DNA from: an uncultured Planctomycetia bacterium
GTDB taxonomy: Bacteria > Planctomycetota > MHYJ01 > CAYUME01
Assembly (NCBI GenBank): GCA_964445475.1
Contig: CAYUME010000001.1
Coordinates: 1 to 36,380, forward strand
Length of the DNA: 36,380 nucleotides
Direction: 5' to 3'
Made by a program: the position numbers and the translations under genes. Positions 31,154-36,380 of this stretch are shown here, piece after piece. Below the pieces are notes generated by a model. That model saw only the letters and a list, made by a program, of their open reading frames with translations. It searched no databases and had not been told where the DNA came from. Numbering within the stretch: position 1 is the stretch's first letter; each line of letters starts with the position of its first letter.

Positions 31154-31590
31154 GACGGTCCTCCTGTCCGCGCGCCGCGGCGCGGACCGGGAGGATCCGA
31201 CGCCTAGGGCTCGGGCATGACCGCGGGTTGCCGGGCGGGGACCTCACGGGCCCCCTGCGGGCCCGCTCACTGGAACAGGAACAGCCGGTGCGTCTGCATC
31301 ACGTGCGCGTTCCTTGAAGGGAGGGCCGTCGGGCCCGCCGATCCCGCAACATCGCCTATTCAAGCAACTTTGCGCGAGAGACCAAGAGAAATCGGCTGGC
31401 CCGCAGGCCCTTTCGGCAGGCCGTGGCCGCGCGGGGGCGGGATTGAACCCATTCCCCATATTGGCCGTTCCTGCCCGTGTGGTTACGGCGGCGTTCCGGG
31501 AGAGGGTGCTCTTTTTGTTGCCCATCGTTCCGTGGGCGTGCATCATTCCGGGTCGCGGACGGTCCCCGGTCGACAGGCGCCCCCTGAGCC

Positions 31591-32454
31591 ATGGCCAAGA
31601 TCCCCCACTACGGCGCGCGCCGAAACGTCGGCGCCTACGAGCGCCCCTTCTCGGGCGTCGGGGAGGAGTTCGAACCGCTCGGAATCGCCCCCGGCGGGAC
31701 GGGCTTCGTCCTCCACGAGACCGGCTACTGGCCGCAGGACCGCTACTGGAACTTCCCGAACGTCTACAGCCCGTTCTGGCGGGCGATGTACGACTACCGG
31801 GCGGGGCATGCCGTCCGGTTCGGGGGGCGCGTCACGCCGCTGGGGCCGGGGCGCGTGGTCATCATTCCCAACCACCAGCGGTTCGACTGCCTGGGCGACC
31901 CCCCGGTCCCTTCGCTCTGGTTCGCCTTCTCCTGCCGCCGGAGCGCCGACCCCCGGCAGCCGATGCCGATCGCCGTTCCGCTCACGCCCGTCCTGCGCGC
32001 CTACGTCAACGAGTTCCCGGCGGTTTTCCGTGCCCGCGGCCCGGAGCGGCGCGAGGGGATCCGGCGGCTGAGCGAGTCGTTCCTCCTCTATCTGCTCGCC
32101 CGGCCGGAGATCCGCTGGCAGCCGCCGGTGCCGGAGCCGATCGCGCGGGTGGTGGCGCAGGTCAACGAGCGGCCGGGCGAGGGGTGGCGGAACCCGGAGC
32201 TCGCGCGCCGGGCCTGCATGAGCGAGGACGGCTTCATCCGGGCCTTCCGGCAGTGGATGAACCGGACGCCGGCGCGGTACGTCGCCGAGGTGCGGATCCG
32301 CGAGGCCTGCCGGATGATGACGGAGACGGACCGGTCGATCGACGCGGTCGCCGACACCCTCGGCTTCCCCGACCGCTTCTGCTTCTCCCGCGTCTTCAAG
32401 CGGCTCACCGGCCTCACCCCCGCGCGTTACCGCAGGTCCCGGCGGCGGGAGTGA
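31591..32454 (+). CDS. AraC/XylS-family transcriptional regulator (divergent from the SelD operon)
   Basis: It has a C-terminal double HTH (LARRACMSEDGFIRAFRQWMNRTPARYVAEVRIREACRMM...GFPDRFCFSRVFKRLTGLTPARYRR). Confidence 0.9.
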   Translation: MAKIPHYGARRNVGAYERPFSGVGEEFEPLGIAPGGTGFVLHETGYWPQDRYWNFPNVYSPFWRAMYDYRAGHAVRFGGRVTPLGPGRVVIIPNHQRFDCLGDPPVPSLWFAFSCRRSADPRQPMPIAVPLTPVLRAYVNEFPAVFRARGPERREGIRRLSESFLLYLLARPEIRWQPPVPEPIARVVAQVNERPGEGWRNPELARRACMSEDGFIRAFRQWMNRTPARYVAEVRIREACRMMTETDRSIDAVADTLGFPDRFCFSRVFKRLTGLTPARYRRSRRRE

Positions 32455-32568
32455 CCGCCCGTCCACCCCCCTTTCCCTTGCGCCCTTCCGCCGACTTCCC
32501 CATACTACGCCCCGTTGCGCCGGTTCGGGGTGGGGCGCGCATCGTCCGCTTCGGGCAGACCCGCCGCC

Positions 32569-33882
32569 ATGACGCACTACGACTCGGTGGGCGTGCACGT
32601 TCCCGAGATCCTGCTGCCCAAGGCCGGGCACGGCCTGGCGACGTGGCCCGTGGTGGCGTGCGACCAGTACACCTCGCAGCCCGACTACTGGGCGCAGGTC
32701 GAGGCGCGGGTCGGTGACGCGCCCTCGACGCTCCGCCTGATCCTGCCCGAGGCCCATCTCGAGGCGCCCGACGTGGACGCCCGGATCGGGCGCGTCCACG
32801 CCGCGATGCGGTCGTACCTGGACCGCGGCCTCTTCGAGTCCCGCACGGGCTTCGTCCACGTCGAGCGGACGGTCGGCGGCCGGACCCGCCGCGGCCTGGT
32901 GCTCGCCCTGGATCTCGAGCGGTACGACTACCGCACGGGGTCGACGAGCCTGATCCGCGCCACCGAGGGGACGATCGTGGAGCGGATCCCGCCGCGGCTG
33001 CGGATCCGCGACGGCGCGCCGCTCGAGACCCCGCACATCCTGGTGCTGATCGACGATCCGGAGCGCACGGTGATCGAGCCGCTCGCCGCGGTGTCCGGCG
33101 CGTTCGAGCGCCTCTACGACGTCGAGCTCATGATGGGCGGCGGCCGCGTCACCGGGCGCCGGGTGCCCGAGGACGCGCAAGGCCGGGCGATGCAGGCGCT
33201 GGAGCGGCTGGCCGATCCGGTTCGCTTCGCGGCCCGCTACGGCCTCGACGCCGGTCGCCCGGTGCTGCTCTTCGCCATGGGCGACGGCAACCACTCCCTG
33301 GCCGCGGCCAAGGCCTGGTGGGAGCGGATCAGGCCGCGGGTCGGGAGCGATCACCCCGCGCGGTACGCCCTGGTGGAGATCGGGAACGTCCACGACGCGG
33401 CGCTCGTCTTCGAGCCGATCCACCGCGTGCTCTTCGGCGTCCGCGGCGACCTGTTCGACGCGCTGCGCCGGCGTCTCGGCCCGGGCGTCGAGGTCGCCGA
33501 CGCGCCGGACGCGGCCCAGATGGCGGCGCGCGTCGCGGACGTGAAGGCCGGCGGCCAGCGCTTCGGCCTGGTTGCGCCGGACGGGTTCCGGGTCGTCTCG
33601 GTCGCCCGTCCGTCCTCCACCCTGGCGGTCGGCACGGTGCAGGGCGTCCTCGACCCGTTCCTGGCCGCGCAGGGCGCCGGCCGCATCGACTACGTGCACG
33701 GGATGGACGTGGTCGTGGGCCTCGGCCGGAAGCCGGGGCACCTCGGGGTTTTCCTGCCGGCGATGGACAAGAGCGACCTTTTCCGGACCGTGATCCTCGA
33801 CGGCGTGCTGCCGCGCAAGACCTTCTCGATGGGCGAGGCGCACGAGAAGCGATTCTACCTGGAGTGCCGGAGGATCGTCTGA
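32569..33882 (+). CDS. DUF1015-family protein
   Basis: ORF 32515..33882 trimmed to the ATG at 32569. It has IRATEGTIVERIPPRLRIR, GDGNHSLAAAKAWWE and a C-terminal PRKTFSMGEAHEKRFYLECRRI segment that match my recollection of DUF1015. Confidence 0.75.
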   Translation: MTHYDSVGVHVPEILLPKAGHGLATWPVVACDQYTSQPDYWAQVEARVGDAPSTLRLILPEAHLEAPDVDARIGRVHAAMRSYLDRGLFESRTGFVHVERTVGGRTRRGLVLALDLERYDYRTGSTSLIRATEGTIVERIPPRLRIRDGAPLETPHILVLIDDPERTVIEPLAAVSGAFERLYDVELMMGGGRVTGRRVPEDAQGRAMQALERLADPVRFAARYGLDAGRPVLLFAMGDGNHSLAAAKAWWERIRPRVGSDHPARYALVEIGNVHDAALVFEPIHRVLFGVRGDLFDALRRRLGPGVEVADAPDAAQMAARVADVKAGGQRFGLVAPDGFRVVSVARPSSTLAVGTVQGVLDPFLAAQGAGRIDYVHGMDVVVGLGRKPGHLGVFLPAMDKSDLFRTVILDGVLPRKTFSMGEAHEKRFYLECRRIV

Positions 33883-33922
33883 TGCCCCCGGGTCGTCGCC
33901 CCCTGCTGTGCGAGCCGCCGCG

Positions 33923-34753
33923 ATGAAGATCGGGATCATCTCGGACGTCCACGCGAACCTCGAGGCGCTGGAGGCGGCCCTTGCCCGCCTGGAGCGGGAA
34001 CGGTGCGCCCTGATCTACTCGGGGGGCGACCTGATCAACTACGGTCCCGACCCCCTGGCGTGCATCGAGAGGGCCGACGGCGCCGTGGTCCTGCAGCTGA
34101 CCGGCAACCACGAGGAGGAAGCCCACAATTACATCAACGGGGACAAGGGCATGCACTGGTTCCGGGAACACGCCAAGCAGTCCATCGAGTGGACCGTCAG
34201 CCACTTCAAAAAAGGGGCCGGATTCGGGAGGCTCCAGGCGTTTCTCGGCTCGGTCATGGACCGGGCGGTGCCGAGCCAGCACTGGGAGGGCCGGACGCTC
34301 TACGTCCATGGCATCCCCACCGACCCGCTGATGGGCTACCTGACGGACCCGGACGTCAACCTCGCGGCCGAATTCGCCAGGATGGAGGAGGCGGAGGAGC
34401 GGGGGCAGGTGGATTTCTGCTTTTGCGGCCACACCCACCAGCCCGCCATCTACTCCTTCGACGGGGAAGCCGTGTCGGACGAATCCGCCGAGATGCGCGC
34501 GGCCTTCGAGACCCAAGGCGATGTGGCCTACACCCAGACGCTGCTGCCGGGGAGAAAATACATCCTCAACGTCGGCTCGGTCGGCCAGCCGCGGGACGGG
34601 GACACCCGGGGATGCTGCGTGGTCTACGACGACAAGCTGAAGCCGTCGGTCCGGTTCATCCGCTTCGTCTACGACCACGGGAAGACCGTCGAAAAAATGA
34701 AGCAGCGCCGGGTCCCGGCACAAAACTGGCAGCGGCTGCTGGTCGGCCGTTGA
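33923..34753 (+). CDS. Calcineurin-like metallophosphoesterase (YfcE/MJ0936-type)
   Basis: It starts MKIGIISDVHAN and also has GGDLINYG, GNHE and GHTHQP, the canonical metallophosphoesterase motifs. Confidence 0.85.
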   Translation: MKIGIISDVHANLEALEAALARLERERCALIYSGGDLINYGPDPLACIERADGAVVLQLTGNHEEEAHNYINGDKGMHWFREHAKQSIEWTVSHFKKGAGFGRLQAFLGSVMDRAVPSQHWEGRTLYVHGIPTDPLMGYLTDPDVNLAAEFARMEEAEERGQVDFCFCGHTHQPAIYSFDGEAVSDESAEMRAAFETQGDVAYTQTLLPGRKYILNVGSVGQPRDGDTRGCCVVYDDKLKPSVRFIRFVYDHGKTVEKMKQRRVPAQNWQRLLVGR

Positions 34754-34934
34754 TGCGGATGGAACCCGGTTTCCGGCTCAACGCCCCGCCCTTCCGCGTC
34801 CCCCTTCCCTTGCCCGACCCCGTCCGCGCCTCGCGTTCAACGGGCTTGCCGTCGATCGGAGCGGGATCCTCGCGTCGCTCGACGACGGGACGGTCGCCTG
34901 TCTCAAGGAGGAGGAGAAGGACGGCCCCTCGGCG

Positions 34935-36380
34935 CTACCGGCGCTTCGCCCGGTAGCGGCCTTCGATGTCCAGCGTGTTGTCATCCTGGAGCACGTGACG
35001 GAGACCGCCTTCGACGACCGCCGTCTTGTCGTCCTGGACCGTGTAGGGCTTCTTCCAGCCCTGCGTCTCCCCCTCCTTGAATAGGCAGAGGCCGTCCGGC
35101 GTGAACTCGCGCGAGTAGGATTTCCCTGCATGCGTGTACGCCCAGGTTCCCAGGATCCGGTGGCTCTCGATCCGCACGGGCTTGGGCGGCGCGGGGGGCT
35201 CGGGTCCTTTCGTCCGCTCCTGGAGCTCCTTCAGCACGGACCAGTCCGCCGCGGTCTTGTCGAAGTTGAGGATCCGGATCTCCAGCGGCTTCAGCTCGAG
35301 CGAGATCGTGTCGCCCAGGGCGTATTCCGTCTTGAGCCCCTCGACGCAGTCGGCCATCGGCGAGGAAAGCCGGAAGGGGCCGCTGCCCGGCAACAGGCCG
35401 AACGCGCGGTCGAGGGTGAAGCGGTACGTCCGGGCCGTGTCGGCCGGATTGTGAATGGAAACGTAGCCCTGCGTCCCATTCCATGCCGTGTAGCCGTACA
35501 CCTCGCCGGCCTTCGGACTGCCGCCGTGCATCCGCGAACGAAGGAAGGCGGGGAAGACGTGATAGGCCCAGTGCAGCCCTTCGGCGATCACGTCCCAGTC
35601 GTAGTCCTGCAGGACCCGCGGCTTGATGTAAAGCTCGATGAAGCCCGTCCCGCGCGACAGATTCATGTAGAGGTACTTGCGGAAGACCTCCTGGGTCTCC
35701 CCGCTGCGCGTCTTCTTCGGCTCGTGGTTGAAGAGGGCGTGCAGGGGGAACTGGGTCCGCTCCCGGGTCCAGATCTCGTGGTACCGGTCGTCGCGATAGA
35801 CCAGCTCCTGGGTCCGGGTGCTTCCGCCCGCGGCGTCCCCCGCGTTGATCATCCAGACCGAATCGACGTGCATCAGCCACCAGGAGCTGAGATAGGCGCC
35901 GTTGGAGATGACGAGGTAGACGTCCGGGTTGGCCTCGGCCATCTTCTGGAAGATCCGGATCAGGCGTTCCGTCCCCGCGGTCAGGTAGTAGATCTTCAGC
36001 TCGTCGTACGTTGCGTCGTTCAATCTGGCGTCGCCGTCCGACAGGCCCTCGATCCCGAGCTGCGGCATGTAGGGAATGCCGTACTGCTCGCCGTGGAGCT
36101 CGAAGTTGCGCAGGTGGAGGTGTCCGAAAAGCCCGTCCAGTTTGAAATAGGTGACCCCCTGCTTTGTCAGCTCGACCATGCGGTCTTCGAGGAGCTGCAT
36201 GTACCGGGGGCCGGCCAGCGACATCCAGTCGCTGAGCGCCTCGAATCCCTTCTCGCGGTACTGCTTGACCGCGCGGCTCGAGCCGAACAGGCAGCCGGGG
36301 CTCAACCACAGGCCCAGCGTGGAATCGGCCGCGCGCACGGTCTCCCGGCTGAAGGCGAAGTCCGGATCGAACTTTCCGTT
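34935..36380 (-). CDS. Clan GH-D (GH36/GH27-like) alpha-galactosidase-like glycoside hydrolase, 5'-truncated by the window edge
   Basis: The frame stays open beyond the track's 'M' (a GTG at 36338) to position 36380 (NGKFDPDFAFSRETVRAADS...). GVTYFKLDG resembles the nucleophile strand of GH36/27. The family call is tentative. Confidence 0.65.
   Translation of the reverse strand, partial: NGKFDPDFAFSRETVRAADSTLGLWLSPGCLFGSSRAVKQYREKGFEALSDWMSLAGPRYMQLLEDRMVELTKQGVTYFKLDGLFGHLHLRNFELHGEQYGIPYMPQLGIEGLSDGDARLNDATYDELKIYYLTAGTERLIRIFQKMAEANPDVYLVISNGAYLSSWWLMHVDSVWMINAGDAAGGSTRTQELVYRDDRYHEIWTRERTQFPLHALFNHEPKKTRSGETQEVFRKYLYMNLSRGTGFIELYIKPRVLQDYDWDVIAEGLHWAYHVFPAFLRSRMHGGSPKAGEVYGYTAWNGTQGYVSIHNPADTARTYRFTLDRAFGLLPGSGPFRLSSPMADCVEGLKTEYALGDTISLELKPLEIRILNFDKTAADWSVLKELQERTKGPEPPAPPKPVRIESHRILGTWAYTHAGKSYSREFTPDGLCLFKEGETQGWKKPYTVQDDKTAVVEGGLRHVLQDDNTLDIEGRYRAKRR

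Noticed and set aside
31254-31407. The 10-nt inverted repeat CCTGCGGGCC / GGCCCGCAGG, 134 nt apart, as a defined long-range RNA helix or mobile-element terminal repeat.
   Set aside because: GC-rich 10-mers of this type are likely to recur by chance in this composition. There are no target-site duplications or transposase genes. It is mentioned only as a detail of the leader region.
31154-31420. A known riboswitch (cobalamin, SAM) in the leader of the SelD operon.
   Set aside because: I could not find a B12 box, GCCACTG-type core or SAM-I/II conserved junctions on the minus strand. Only generic GC hairpins are present. It is kept as an open question in the findings, not as a call.
31441-31452. 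A tRNA-like T-loop word, GGGTTCAATCCC (minus strand).
   Set aside because: The flanking bases give only a 2-3-bp T stem. No acceptor, D or anticodon arms can be built around it.
31244-31546. A 100-aa minus-strand ORF (MMHAHGTMGNKKSTLSRN...) in the divergent intergenic region as a small protein gene.
   Set aside because: There is no RBS. The composition is shadow-like (Arg/Pro/Gly/Ala-rich after the first 20 residues). It spans the probable promoter region.
1-36380. A search for CRISPR arrays, IS elements or integrases, prophage genes and toxin-antitoxin or defence modules.
   Set aside because: No direct-repeat/spacer periodicity, terminal inverted repeats with a transposase, or recognisable defence or phage protein motifs were seen on either strand.

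Overview
This is a very GC-rich bacterial chromosomal window, roughly two-thirds to 70% G+C by eye (not computed). Most long ORFs in the six-frame track are Arg/Pro/Gly/Ala-rich shadow frames. I support about 27 real genes. Two of them run off the window edges, and the left-edge one is missing from the ORF track. The gene content looks PVC-superphylum-like, but that taxonomic call is only an inference.

Gene order, left to right:
- 1-7118: a sugar-utilisation locus with an NPCBM protein, FGGY kinase, RhaT-type symporter, URO-D-like protein, a divergent AraC regulator and a TAT-signal Gfo/Idh/MocA oxidoreductase.
- 7219-9632: a secreted EF-hand protein, then a small SpoT-type HD protein with an Fe-alcohol dehydrogenase.
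- 9842-12379: a beta-propeller/CxxCH protein.
- 12505-17176: an IclR regulator with a clear promoter and palindrome, a TAT lipoprotein with an isomerase-like signature, an NHL propeller protein and a nitrilase-fold protein lacking its catalytic Glu and Cys.
- 17246-24055: a trypsin-like protease, a glycoside-hydrolase-like protein, an orphan protein with a GTGA start/stop overlap, and a second propeller/CxxCH paralogue carrying a discoidin-like N-terminus.
- 24131-31153 (minus strand): a tightly packed six-gene operon, described below.
- 31591-36380: a divergent AraC regulator, DUF1015, a metallophosphoesterase and a truncated clan GH-D glycosidase.

The best candidate for an undescribed system is the minus-strand operon at 24131-31153. 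It joins an unusual three-module selenophosphate synthetase (3xCxC module + SelD core + AhpD/CMD-like CxxC domain) to an HgdC/BcrAD-type ATPase activator, a heterodimer-type pair of HGD-D family proteins, a SAM methyltransferase and a stand-alone DCCP-like HGD-D protein.

I found no rRNA, tRNA, CRISPR array, transposase or integrase. All family calls rest on motif recognition by eye and need HMM or BLAST confirmation.
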